64,000 bases of DNA from Polymyxa betae A26-41 (lineage: Eukaryota > Protista > Endomyxa: Phytomyxea), in contig RBZT01000125.1 of assembly GCA_003693705.1 (NCBI GenBank), positions 1 to 64,000 of the forward strand, given 5' to 3'. The position numbers were made by a program, and so were the translations under genes. This document shows, one piece after another, positions 37,636-50,894 of this stretch. The stretch's first letter is position 1, and the number at the start of each line of letters is the position of its first letter. The notes below the pieces were generated by a model. The model made no database searches, was not told where the DNA came from, and saw only the letters and a list, made by a program, of their open reading frames with translations.

Positions 37636-38081
37636 ATGGTGCTCATGAGCGTTCTGAACAACACCCTGAACAGCATCGTCAATGCTGAACGTCGTGGTAA
37701 ACGCCAGGTTCTGGTCCGCCCAACCAGCAAGGTCGTCATCAAGTTCTTGACCGTCATGATGAAGCACGGTTGGCTGATTCTCTTATCGTCCTGATCGCAT
37801 TACTGATATGCGATTGTTCAGGATACATTGGCGAATTCGAACTCGTCGATGACCGTCGTGGAGGCAAAATCGTCATCAACTTGCTCGGCCGTATTAACAA
37901 GTGTGGTGTTATCTCTCCTCGATTTGATATCCAGGTTAAGAACTACGAGAAGTGGGTCGCCAACCTGCTGCCAGCTCGTCAGTTCGGCTACATGGTTCTG
38001 ACCACCTCATCTGGCATCATGGATCACGAAGAGGCCCGTCGTAAGCACACCGGTGGAAAAATCCTCGGTTACTTCTACTGA
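37636..38081 (+). CDS. RPS15A: 40S ribosomal protein uS8 (S15a/S22), 2 exons
   Basis: [19 protein letters not shown]|[26 protein letters not shown]. Confidence 0.97.
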
Positions 38082-38313
38082 ATTTATTACAAATAATCAA
38101 CCTTCAATATTTGCCATTATCTCGCTTAGTGATTGATTCGCTAAAATTTAGCCAGTTGCTCGCAGATTTGGATCTGGAAGTTTGAACTCTGTTTCAGCAA
38201 ATCTTCTTCGCTTATAGACTGTTTTGGTTGGCACATACGATGTCTTTATCTAGAGTTTGAGCACTCTCTATTTTAGTCAAACAAATTTCGGTTGGATTAA
38301 GTTTGATTTTGTA

Positions 38314-41300
38314 TCAATTAAATGCTTTTTTGCAAACTTCTACTATGGATTTAATTACAGGTAGGATGGTCTTGACTTCTGCCCAGCAGTCCGTTATTAA
38401 AGCAATGTTAGCCTGCTGTACACCAGATTTGTTGTGAGATTCCAAAGCCTTCGCTAGCGATCCTAATGACTTCATTGCACCAGCGGAAAATTCCCCAGAT
38501 GATATTCGGTTATAGACTTCAGCTTCAAATTTACCGCTGGCGTTATCCACAACCGCTTTATCAACGGGATCATGACATAGAGCATGCAAATCAGAGAAAC
38601 ATGTCTGGAATAACGCCACGAGATCGTCGGTCCTTTTGGGGCTGCCTCGTCTTGGAATTTGCTGGTTAGCACCTGACAAAGAAGGGCTAAGACGGCCTTG
38701 ATTAGGAGAACGCGGTTGAATATTCGGAGAAACGTGTGCTTTTTCGGTCAAGAACGAGGAAGGTGACGGTGAGCGCGCTCGATTATTATTGGTTGAATCA
38801 AAACCAGTGGAGTCTTGAACAGGTGGAATAACGGGAGCAGACGCACGCTGTTGAGACAGGAAGTCAGAAGAAAAAGGATCCGAAGGCTGCGTGAGGGAAT
38901 ATGCTGACGAAGCGTCGCCTGAGAAGCAGTCTGATGCACTAAGATTTGGCTGTGATGCACTTTGATGAAACGGATTCTGCGATGGCTGGCGCATTGGGGC
39001 AAGCAAATGGTGATTAAATGGACCGCTAGATTGAGCATATGTAGGCTGTTGAGGAGTTTGCTGATTAGCAAGACCATGCCCAGGAGTTGGAAGCGGACGG
39101 TTTGATGGAAGGGATCCCGTAGGATTGGGTCGAGAAGGAATGGGGCCCTGGTGTGGTGGCATCGCATCGGCAGATCCAAAAAAGCCATGAGACTGATCCT
39201 TTGGGTACAAGCCAGGGTTAGATGGCACCTGCGGCTGATTCGGATTTTGATTGGCAGAATGCATTCCAGGACGGAAGGGACCCGGTGGACTATTGGGACT
39301 AGCATGAGGCCCTGGCCTTCCAGCATTAAATGGCGATTGGGACTGGCCCTGATAGTGTGCAGGCCCTTGCATTCCAGGATGCGGCAGTGCAGGAGTGGAA
39401 GCGCCAGCCTGTGGACGAAATGGAGGATGTGGTTGATTTGGCGCTGGGCTCGCATTCATTCCATGTCGGAATGGAGGATGTGACTGATTTGGTGCAGGGC
39501 TTGCATTCATCCCAGGTCGGAATGGAGGATGTGGCTGATTTGGTGCATTCATCCCAGGTCGGAATGGAGGATGTGACTGATTTGGTGCAGGGCTTGCATT
39601 CATTCCAGGACGGAATGGAGGATGTGGCTGATTTGGTGCTGGGCTTGCATTCATTCCAGGTCGAAGAGGAGGATGTGATTGACTTGGTGCTGGGCTTGCA
39701 TTCATTCCAGGTCGGAGATGAGGAGGTGGCTGGTTGTGTGCTCTATGTGGGGCATTCATTGCAGGTCGAGTGGACGGGCTTGGCTGATTCTGTCCAGAAC
39801 CCAGAGGCTGTTGTTGAGGACGAACTGGCGGTTGAGCGTTCTGAGTTGGAAGGGGAGCATTCATTCCAGGACGAAGAGGAGGAGCAGATGGATTGAGAGC
39901 AGGCACGGGTGAATTCATTCCAGGACGTGTTGGTGCCGAACGTACAGGAAGCGGACCAGAATTAGATGGTGGGTGATAAGGTCCAGGTGGTCCATTGGTA
40001 GGAACATTTGGTTGAGAGCTAAACCGGTTTGGACCCGGAGACTGCTGAAGAGAAGGATTGGAGCCAGGTAATGATCCCATTGGGCCATGGTGAGCTGGAG
40101 GCATACCCGGCCGAGGACCAGCAGAAGCAGCGCTGGGAGATGGCATACGATTACCCATGGGAATGGGACCAGGCCGACCGGGCATAGACCTGGGCATTTG
40201 ACCAGAAGGACCAGGTTGTGACATTCCCATAGGACCCATAGGCGATGGCGCCTGACGAAGATTGGAACCAGACAACGAAGGCGCTTGCACTCGCTGAGCA
40301 GATGGACCTATTCCCGGAGCACCAACTGAGGGAGGGCCAAATCGACCAGTATTGGGCGTCATTTGGGAGGCGGGAACCGGAGCCATTGAAGGAGAGGGGG
40401 CTCGGGCAGGAACCGGATGTCTAACAGAAGTTGCCAAGTTTGGTGATGAACGACCTGGGGTTGGGACGGGTCTTGGAGGTGCATAACCTTGTCCAGGCCT
40501 GGTCGGAGGCGTCGCGGATCTCGCTGGAGGCATAAAGCCACTACGAGAAGGTCCCGGCATACGAGAAGGATTAGAAGCAGTTGGCCCGTGCATAGGACCT
40601 GGAAACTGATTCGTAGGCCCAGCTTGCTGAGAACTATCATCAAGTAGATGCCTGCTGGGAAGTGAAGATGGATCTTGTGGAGGGACAGAGTTAGGTCGGG
40701 GACCGGGAGGAGTCATCCCGAATCCTGTCGTTGGCTTATATGGAGGACGCATTGCAGAAGGAGGCTGTCCCCTCGGGGCGCCCATCGGTGGAGCACCAGA
40801 TGAACCAATCATGCGATTTTGAGGTGGAACACTTGAGGGCTTGTGATCACGTACCGAACTTTGAGAAGGATGAGGACCTCCTGAAAGAGCACTGAGATAC
40901 AGATAGAATAAAAAAAAAAATTACTTCGCAATCCTCCAGGTGTGTTGACCATTCTGCCAGGAGCAGAGTGACCACTAGAGGATACATTCTTGATATAGAA
41001 TGGCTGGGGTGGTGGGGGCATAGCCTGGGGAGAAACGCCAGAGTAATATATACGGTAAGCGAGCTCGTCAGTGCCGCCACCTGCAATCTGCAGAAAAGAT
41101 AACGCCATTGCCATGGCACCTTGTGCAGATAATAAACCAGCATATTCAGCGTATAAGCCAGAGGCGGATGGACCGGTGGTTTGCCCGCAGGCCTGCACAA
41201 TTTCAGTTTTATGACACAGAAAACAGATATACCGACCTGCGACATAACATACAGCTTCTCGACGCTGGCTTGCAAGGTATCGATACGAGATTTTCCACTG

Positions 41301-43986
41301 CGTTGATGTTCCTGTTTCTGCCATTGAAGAGCGGCTCCGTCGATGTCCGAACAACAGAGGCAGCAAACAATTGCTGCCTGATTCATACCCGCAGCGTCAA
41401 GGCGATCAACAAGAATACGAACGGCTGCGGCATCACCAGTTAAAAGTAGTTAACACCACATGAGATTCAGCTTACTGGAGACATACTGTTCCGGTGGACA
41501 GTACGTGATAATCAACGCGAGCGTCTCCCTCCAAAGTGAAACATCGGAACGTTTAATATATGATGGAATGTCTTTGCTAGCAATACTGGAAGCAATAGAC
41601 CTGATATAGTGATTCTTGTGAGTGCTCATGTAGAACTCATGAATCTGACTGAAGTTAGACCACGGCTGAGCAGAAAATGACTAAGTTTGCAAACCTGTGT
41701 TTGAAGCTCCGCAGAGCCAAGAGACGCTATGGCCAACGCGTCAGCCATCCGGTTGTTTTTAACACACAGATTGGCAGCTCTTTCAATATCTCCAACGACC
41801 AGCATACTGTTGATACTTTTATCCAGATCGGATGCTTCTACTTCGGGTTCCTCTTGTTTAACCTAAATTTTAGATCAGAATCCGAAGAGACTGAGCCAAG
41901 TATATACAGCAAATTTAGCAGGTGATGAGACATTGCTGATCGGCGAGAAAACGCCATTAAATGCGTCCGCATCGGGAGAAGAATCATTTTTTTCACCAGG
42001 TGATAGCTGGTTGAAAAAATCTTCATCGGACACCTCATCTTAATTGAAATCAGTTTATACGTGTTGGTACGACTGAGGATAACATACCCAGTCGCTCTAT
42101 AGGAGCGTGAGCGATACCTCCGTTAGGAAGGGCGGTGAGGCTGGATCTTTGAGCCTGACTAGGAGGAAAACCAAGATGCGACAGAAAGCGAACCCGAGAA
42201 TCGCTTTCAAACATAAGTTGAATAAACTCCCAGGTGGTTTCTAGAAAATCTCAACATTTGGGGACGAGCAAATCGCAAGAGCATACTTTCATCAGTATCA
42301 TGGTTGGATTTAGCAATCTTTTGTGTGCAAAAACTCTTCATGTCAGTATGAGAAATATCACTCTGAAATCTGAATCCCACTATCAGAATAATTTGAAAAA
42401 GAATCAAAGACGAAACTACTCGCTCGCCATCCGAATAAATTCAGGTTCAGTTGATACTTTGAAGCAACGAACAGACCCTTGGGTATATCCATTTCCGAAT
42501 GTGACCAGACGAGAACCGAAACCAAAAATAGCACCACACGGACGACCTGAAAAACGTATTCGAAAATGTTGTTAAAATATGAAAGCAATTCCACCTTTCC
42601 ATTCGGGTACATGTGACCCAGTATTTGAAATGCTACGAACAGTAACATTTCCTTCATAAGTAGATCCGGCCAAAAGTTCTGCATTAAATGGATGCCATTT
42701 CAGACAAAACGTCGTTCCTCGATCCTGAGCACAGTATTAAGCACAAACTACAACAAAACAAAAATTAGATGAACCTGAACACAGTCTAGCAATTGACCAT
42801 CTTGGGCGTTCCAGATGCAGCTGGTTGCATCCTCACCTAAAAGATTGAGGGAGGCGTCTAGGACAAAATGCGTATTTACCAGTGGTCAAAATGATATTTG
42901 AGTCAAACTGTGACCAGGCAACAGTCAAGATACTACCGCGAGTATGACCGTTTTGGAGAAGTTGTTTCGGTGCCATTCCATAGCGAAGATCCCACACCTA
43001 TCTTGAATTACATCCAGATAAAAAAAACCAGATGCGACCTAACTTCAGCAACAGGATGTGCATAGGAGACGACAAGCTGTCTAGCCTGTGTAGGGTCCCA
43101 TGCGACAGCGGTCGCAGGAATATGTCGATGTGTCGATTCGGTAAAAGTAAAGACAGCACGTTTTTGCCGAAGGTCCCAAACGCTGGTCTGGCCATTAGAC
43201 GAAGAGCACGCCAATATATGAGGAACTTTCAGATTCCAAGCAAGGTCGACAATACTGTTAAGAGATCTCAGATACAAAAAATACATCAGATCCGCAGTGA
43301 ATACCTGCTTTTCTCGGTGTTCATGGAAGCACCTGGAGGGGAGGCAATTGGTGAAGATACGTTCTTAAGATCCCAAATAAGCAGCTCGGAATCGGCGCTA
43401 CCCGATGCGATCAGGTTTTGCTCGGTGGGATGGAAGGACAAGCCAGAAACATGGCTTCCATGACGCTTTGCTGCAATTGGCGTGCGATTTGAACCACTAC
43501 AAACAAACGAATTAGGGAAAATAATAGCCCAATGACATAGCATACTTGATGACATTCTCTGCATTCCAAAGCAGAAGTGAGCCGTCCGACATGCCTCCAG
43601 CTACTAACCCTAACGGCATGGAAGAATCGCTTGATCCTTTAGCGCCCCAGCTGATGCGAACAAAATCTGCATCTTTTACACGAGCCTGTTTTTATGATTG
43701 TTAGCGAAGTTTTGCACGGATGATACCGGTGACGACCTGTCCTAAGACTTTCATATCAGAAGACCGATCGGATAAAGACGTGTTCAATATCAGGAGCCGT
43801 GATGACGTCTGAAAACTGTCATCAATAGTGCCAGAAACCGTTCCAGCTGCTAGAAAATCTTTATGTGATTCTAGCGGGCACCATGAGACAGTAGATGACG
43901 ATGTGACCTGAGCGGAAAGATATAAAGCATAAGAACAAAGGCATGTAAACTTTTCAACAACCAGAAACCTCTTTCAGTATAGGCAT
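38314..43986 (-). CDS. SEC31: COPII coat protein Sec31, multi-exon
   Basis: N-terminal WD40s (LAAGTVSGTIDDSF, LIASGSADSELLIWDL), RPCGAIFGFGSRL, WRETLALI, long Pro-rich region and C-terminal helical domain. Confidence 0.92.
39410..39890 (-). repeat. Coding tandem repeat (~51 bp / 17 aa, PPFRPGMNASPAPNQPH) in Sec31
   Basis: Repeated RPGMNA units in the 832-aa exon; near-identical DNA copies at 39410-39710. Confidence 0.85.
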
Positions 43987-44485
43987 CCTAACAATAGGTT
44001 TCGGCTCAACTACAGCTCCCGCACCAGGATCGCCATATCCGCTAAAGGCAACCATGACACAGATCTGATACTGAAGTCAAGACTATGTCACGTGCGAATT
44101 CGTCCTGGATCGCGAGTTCGAAATTTTTGGTCAGCCGCAGAAAGCAGCAGCAGACAAAAAGTGCCCAGAAGCCGACGAGCCGCAGTAGTCTGCCTGATAG
44201 ACCAGTGGAATTCAGAATAAGGAACCGGGCTGCGCAACATTTGTCGTTACTTTACACACTTCTAAAAACATCTTCGCTATTTCATCAGTCAAGAGGCCGC
44301 TTTCAATGATGGAATCCCAGGAGACTTCCTACTTTACATATCCGGCGACGAAGACGATACACAGCTAGGTATGTACAACAAGCTACAGAATTTCCACAGA
44401 GTGCATTAAAGTACACATTAAAAATAATTAGGTGAGAAAATGAAGAAAATGCAGATAGGATTTTTTATGTAATAGAAGTGCAGCT

Positions 44486-44983
44486 TTAACGAGTTCCCTT
44501 CTTGGATAACTTTTGCTTAGGCTGCTGAGGGGGCAACTGCTTGGCTGGCTTGGAAGTCTTAGGAGCAGCAGCGGCCTTGGCCTTGCGATCTTTGACGGCC
44601 CGGATTTGAGCCTCTTTCTGAAGGTTGCGGATGACGGGCTTGGCAGCTCGCTTCTTACGGATGTCATCGAGGGACTGACCAGCAACACCCTTCTGAATAC
44701 GAACGCGGCGCTTGGCGCGGCGTTTGCTGACAACCTCAACACGGACCTTCTTGTTAATACGACGCCAGGCCATGGTCCAGGTCAGACGCATTGCCTTCTT
44801 GCCCTGGTGGTACAAGGACGCGACCTTGGCGTTCTGGAAATGCAGCAGCTACGAAAGATATTAGCTGAACAGACGAGCATTGCAAACACCTGAGACCTTG
44901 CCATCCTTGCGGACGAACTGAGTGCCGTGACCAGGGTAGATCTTGTTCTCAGAGAAGAAGCAGGTCTCGGTTTTGATAACCAT
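44486..44983 (-). CDS. RPL24: 60S ribosomal protein eL24, 2 exons
   Basis: TCFFSENKIYPGHG..VRKDGK; LTWTMAWRRINKK; GQSLDDIRKKR. Confidence 0.95.
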
Positions 44984-45256
44984 CTTGAATCAGGCTGGTG
45001 TTAGGCGGAAGGAGACGCCTCGATCTAACCGAACCTGGAAATGAAGACGATTGTATCACGGACTAGACAAGTCCGTGAATCTGCTTCACACATTTATATT
45101 GAAGCCCCTAATATTCACATTCGAATTATGCCAGTTTGCATCGCCAGTCTTAGTCCTGATAATGGATAAGATTTGCTTTTTATAGAGCGAGCAAGCATGA
45201 GATAAATTGTGTGCAAGTATGACATCTGTAATTAGAAGAATTGCAGGCAATGAATG

Positions 45257-45881
45257 CTAGGCTTGATCTGAGTTCTGTACAAGCTTTTTCTTGTAATGAA
45301 TCATCTGTGATTGTTCTGGTAAAACTTTTGCTTTTGATGGATAAGATTCGCGAAAATCTTCGACGTATCCAGATGCTTCGTAGAAGTTGCAAGATCCTGT
45401 CATATTTGACAATGTCGTTAAATTGACAAACTCAAAGGACTGCTCTAGACACCACCTCTCAGCATGCTCAAGTAGCAAAGTACCTATGCCTTTTCCTTCT
45501 CTTCAAAAAAATCACATGAAGACAACAATATCGTCTACCTTGTCTTTGAAGCGAATTAGCAACTGACATTCTCCGTATTTCAGCAGCATTTTGTGAGACA
45601 CTCTGAACCCCAATCATGCCAACGATTGATCCAGATTGTGGCTCTTCTGCGGTCCAAAAATTCCCTGAGCCATCGTAGAGGCCATATGATGATTCTATTC
45701 TAGCCAGATCTTTGGAGAGGGCACGCATGACATTCAGTTGCATAAAATGTCGAAGATTTCCCTGGGTTTGGTTAATGTACGCCTGCATGCCGTCTGCAAA
45801 GATTCGTTCTATTGATTCCTGATCTTTTGTTCTATACTGCCGAATGACCAGCTCAGACCTGATCGGAACACTGTTCCTCAT
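45257..45881 (-). CDS. GNAT acetyltransferase (NAT8/camello-like), 2 exons
   Basis: IRQYR..D, FWTAEE...IVGMIG, EIRRMSV....RQG|IGTLLL, YEASGY. Confidence 0.82.
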
Positions 45882-46597
45882 TGTTCCAGAAGGGTTCGAA
45901 GAAAAAAGTTTGCGAATATTCGCAACATTTTGTTTGACCTGATAAATGATAATATTGATAATCCTAACAAAATAAACGTCAGCAGCAAAGCATCGAGAAA
46001 TTGGAGTTGGGTTTTATGAATGCGGACAACTATGGAATCTTTTGGAGATTAAGTCTCAACAGACATCCTATTCCTCAGCGCTTGACCCAAGATACAAGGC
46101 ATTTTGTCTTGATAAGTAGCTCCTACTTTTGATTTCAGAGCTGTCACATTTCAGCCTTTAGGGATTTGGATCAATATGGCAGCAATGATAGCTTCGCAAT
46201 TCGTTCATTTCAAGTGAAGACAGGAGGCACTCTAGCCGATGCGTTGTGCGATGACAATCGAGCACCAAGTTTCTAAACTTAATGTGATGGCTGCGCCCTC
46301 TGAACATCCACTCAGTACAGTAGTCATGGCGTGGCCTGTTTTTAGCAGGTATTAGTGTAAAGGAAAGACGTATTTCATACTGTCGTCTCATGAGACTTCA
46401 TCAGATCGCCAATAAACACGATTACGAGTAGCGACTTGTTGCCGCCGCGCTCTCCGTCAGCAACCATTACAGCCCTGCATCATTTGCTTTGCTTATCGGC
46501 TTAGCGCAGGCCAGTACACTTTGAGCCGGCGCCAATTCCCGTCACAGGGCAATATCAACCTGCCTGGACTGGCGGTCAGGACTTGCTTGTCATTGCA

Positions 46598-47881
46598 ATG
46601 CCAAATGATTCCGAAGGCGGCTCGAAAAAGATGGAATCGCGAGCTTTGCATCGATTCGTTGCATCTGCTATCTCAGCTGCTGCTGCTGAAACCGTATGCA
46701 ATTCTATATCGTTTGCAAGAATCGGTTGTTAAGCATTGTATAGTGTACGTACCCATTAGACATCACCAAAGTATGTATCACTACAGATTGCAGGGTTTGA
46801 ATCTGATTCGCTTCGAAATGCAGACTCAGATGCAAGCACGCCGGATTGTTCGAACTACTGAGTTACAAACTGGGTCATTCTACCTTGGTATAAAAGAAAT
46901 CCACATGTTTAGACGACTGGAACCGGCTGGGTTCGTAAAGACAGCCACCTCAATTCTCTATAAAGAAGGTAACCTTTCGTTTCCTGTTTAGACGACATTA
47001 CTTAGCTGAACTTGGTTACAGGTATTGGAGGATTTTATAAAGGTCTGCCTGCAGCCACAGCTCGGGCTGTATTTAACAATGGATTGTCTTTGACAATCTA
47101 TAAGCCCATGCTCAGGATAGTTACTGGGCGTTCTATTCGGTCACGGCAACGATTTGAGTCAAAATTGAGGGATAAGATCATAGCTGCATTTCTTACTGGA
47201 AGCTTCACTCAGCTTATTGCTAATCCGGTCGATGTCATTAAGGTGGGTGGTTCACTACATATAAATGATCTCTGAGGCGGTTCTCAGGTGAGAATGCAAG
47301 CAGAAGGTCTCAGGGATCAGCGCCGGTTTCACGGTACATTAGGAGCTGTTCGGGTATGGTGGGAAATTGGTTAGATTCCGGCCAGTTCTAATGTTAGTGG
47401 CTTCCAGTATATTGAAAAGGATGGGATCTTATCGTTTTGGAGGGGATTGGGGCCTTCCATTGCTCGGTCTGCACTTGCTGTCGGAAGCACTATAGCCACA
47501 TACGATCATGCAAAGCATCATTTGAAGAAAAAGTATCACTTTAAGGAGAGCAGCCTTCTTCATGGAGTATCAAGTGCTATTTCCGGGTCAGATTCGAACA
47601 TCGGTTTGTATGTGGAAATTATTGATGATATTGTTAGATTGGTTGCATCAGTTTGCTCTTGCCCTGCAGATGTTGTTAAAACACGGATTATGACACAATC
47701 TTTCTCAAACCCTGATTATAAATCAGTATTTCACTGTTTAACATCTATCATCCGGAACGAGGGTATTTTAACCCTTTTCAAAGGGTTCATGCCAACATAT
47801 ATGAGGTTGGGGCCCTGGCAGATTGTGTTTTTCGTTTCCTACGAGAAGATATCTGTTCTACTGGGGGGTTCAAATATATAG
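46598..47881 (+). CDS. Mitochondrial carrier (SLC25, UCP-like), multi-exon
   Basis: Three carrier signatures (YPLDITK, NPVDVIKVRMQ, CPADVVKTRIM); PTYMRLGPWQIVFFVSYEK. Confidence 0.9.
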
Positions 47882-47989
47882 CTTTCAATATATAGCTTTC
47901 TTAACATTACTGTCTAAACTGCTTAAGTACAGTTTAATACAGTACAGTAAGAATATATTATTAATAATTACTTGTTTGGTTTTTTTATA

Positions 47990-49034
47990 CTAGCAATCAC
48001 ATTCTAGCTGCGAATTTGTCTGTGTCAACGAATTTGATAGGTTTGATGTCATATTTTCTTTGGACATCACTGATGCCGAAAGCTGTTTGAGGCTTGTAAT
48101 GCAAGCGTCGACCTGTGCCCATACTGTGTCATTATCAGCTCGATCGATATGCTCCTTAGATGAGAGATGGGCTTCGACATCAGTGGCTAGAAATCGGCAG
48201 ATTTCGCAGTACCCCGAAACGACAACACGTCTTTTCTTCTTAGGCATCTGCTGTGCAATCGTTAAAACCACGATATTACCGAATGGAAACCGTTAAAAGT
48301 ACTTGAGTTGGTACTTTCATAGAGATTTGCTTTTGAGTAGCTAACAGGTCAGGTTGCTTTTTGTTGACGAAAGGGCATTGACCGGGCGGTGCGTCTGTTC
48401 TCATTCGCGGGACTCCATTAGGAAATTCTTTTACGATCGGTCGGAAGTGTTCTTCTAAGTCTTGTAAGGCGACCTTATTCTGAGCGTAATATGGAAGCTC
48501 TCGAGTGACATCCCTGTTAGACAACAGCAGTAAGGTGCAAGTGTGAAGAGGCTTGCAAAATCTTACGATGATTTCTTAGCAAGCGTTTTCATGATAGCAT
48601 CAACGGATACAATCTTCGTTCCGAAGCGCTTCGCTTTTGATACAATATCAGTCCTGGTAGAGTTTGGTAGAATAGCTTTTTGGGCCAGCTGGAGCTAGCA
48701 TAAATAGCAATTATGACAAAAAATTGCAAAACAACCTGTGCTGATCTTCTCCTACTGCTAGCCCTGGAGCTGCTGATTGGATTTGGTTCTGCTTGTTCTG
48801 TAGATGGGGCAGACTCAAATGGTCGGTTTGAGATAACGAAGTTAACGTCGTGGGTGACGTCCATAACCAGTTTCGCTCCGGCTTTAATAAGCCCTCTGCG
48901 AAGAATTTGTAAAGACCCATTGACGTCTTGACAATGTAAATCTAATACTACGAGGGCACCTCTCAAAGTTGGCATCAATGGCTCCTATATGTAATATAAG
49001 AATGCAATGCAATTTACCCACAGAATACCGCCAT
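47990..49034 (-). CDS. DBF4: Dbf4-like DDK regulatory subunit (start approximate)
   Basis: BRCT-like motif N (LIKAGAKLV...VNFVISNR), motif M (LQDLEEHFRPIVKEF) and motif C zinc finger (GYCEIC......HLSSKEH). Confidence 0.75.
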
Positions 49035-49504
49035 GACATCCAATACAGTAAAATGAGTAGTTGACGTACTTTGCGTCGAGATACAAGTTTGTTTGAAGCA
49101 ATGGCAGGCGTTCTGAATATAGCTAGGTTCTGCATTGCGGCTGGAGGCCAGACCAAGCGGGAGGATGACGACAAATGCGTTTACATTAACACAATGCGGA
49201 CACCTATCAGGCTATCAAGATCCATACACAAATATATTCGGCAGGAACCTATCCTCATCCATTTGCTGTCAGTATAATAAAAAAAATTGTTTATTATTAT
49301 CGCTTGAGCAAAGGGATCCCAACGGCAACGAAGAGAGAGACAGGGGTAAAGCTACTTAAAACGAATTAGCTAAGGAATTATACCGACTACATTGGAAATA
49401 ACTGAGCAGTAAAGCACAATCAATCACAGCATACAGTCACAATTGAACAAAAGCTGATGTATCAAGAATGAATTTGAAATCACTAGACAAATAAACGTAT
49501 TAAA

Positions 49505-50507
49505 TTATGAAGCAGTGGATGATTCTGGCTCAGCCGCAGCGCCCTGGTTCTGAAAATCCGTCAGATAACGAGGTAAAGTTCAAATGATTGCAATACCTGC
49601 GGCTTGGGACGGCGACCTCCACGAAAACGACCGCCTCCTCGACGACCACGGTTAGCGCGAGGGGCTGCTTTTTCATTCACAGAAGAGCCAGGGTTTTCAG
49701 CATCTACACTGGATTCTTCTGGCTTAGAAATTTCTGCACGAGACTCGACATCTCCTTCAGCGTTAGTTGCAGCGGTGTTGGTGGCAGATGAACGGTTATC
49801 ACGACGCTGGCGTCTAAAATGCTAAAGTATTGTCGGTTTACAAGGTAAAGAAAGATTCAAGAAAATTAACCTTTTTCTTCTCCTCACGAGCGATCGGCTC
49901 ATGGAGTGGCTCGGCATCAGCCGCGGGAGGTTGGTATCCTGCAGCTACGATGACGTCCTGACTAGGAGTCGCTGTCGATAGCAAGATAGAAATTGAAGCA
50001 ACTTGACGTTTGACAGTAACCTAGGAGGAAAGTCAGCTAAACACAGTGAAGATTAACGAAATAACCTTTTCCAAGCCCTCCTCAAGAGGCATGTAAACAT
50101 CCTCTAATTCAACCGATTTAATCGAAGTGACTTGGTGTAAGGATGGAATTCGACGCTTCACTATCTCAGCGAGGCTGACAACCTTTCACGAAAATCAATA
50201 GAAACAAAATACGGCAGGTTAAGAAATAAACCTTGGAAATAGTACGGCCCATTCCCTGTAATGTGATCTGCCTGCAGATAGTTCCCGAAGCATCTCTGAC
50301 TTCTTCTTCACCAGGTTTCAAAGGTCCACTCAGGCGATTGACAATGAAAGACACTACAAAAATGTCAAACCCTTGATAGGCGAAAGCGCCATCCATACAA
50401 TAAGACTTCATCATGCCCTTGTTGGTAACCCGGCATTCGTTAGGATCGCTAGACTTGGGCATTGAGACATTGACGCGAGTGTACTTATCCATCGTGGACG
50501 ACGACAT
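49505..50507 (-). CDS. Alba-domain protein (Rpp25-like) with RGG tail, multi-exon
   Basis: NECRVT, GMGRTISK|VVSLAEIVKRRIPSLHQVT, YMPLEEGL, GYQPP. Confidence 0.88.
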
Positions 50508-50894
50508 AATTGTGGCGGTTGAGCTACCAGTGGTAGGAAGATGTTTCCCTAGCAGCGACTAATAGCAAATGCAGCAAGAGGCAGACAGAGCCCGAGGGGA
50601 AACGCAACGAAGAGACGCGATCAGCTCACAAAAAAAAGACGTTGAGTGGTGGGTTCGGCCGGGCGCAGCCTACGGACTTTTATACCAGTGGAACATCAGT
50701 CAAACGAAGCTGGCAACTTCTCCCATGTCTTCCATGGACTGAAGCAACACACACTTACTCTTAAGGGTACCAGGCCTATCATATACTTCATCGATTCAGT
50801 TTGCATGAGAATCAGTGTCGTGATGGTTTATGCCAAAATCCGATACAATGAATAAATAAACAGGTGAAAAACTTGCGACAATGACGCTTGCTGA

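Noticed and set aside
39330-39896. 188-aa repetitive + strand ORF
   Set aside because: Antisense shadow of the Sec31 tandem repeat.
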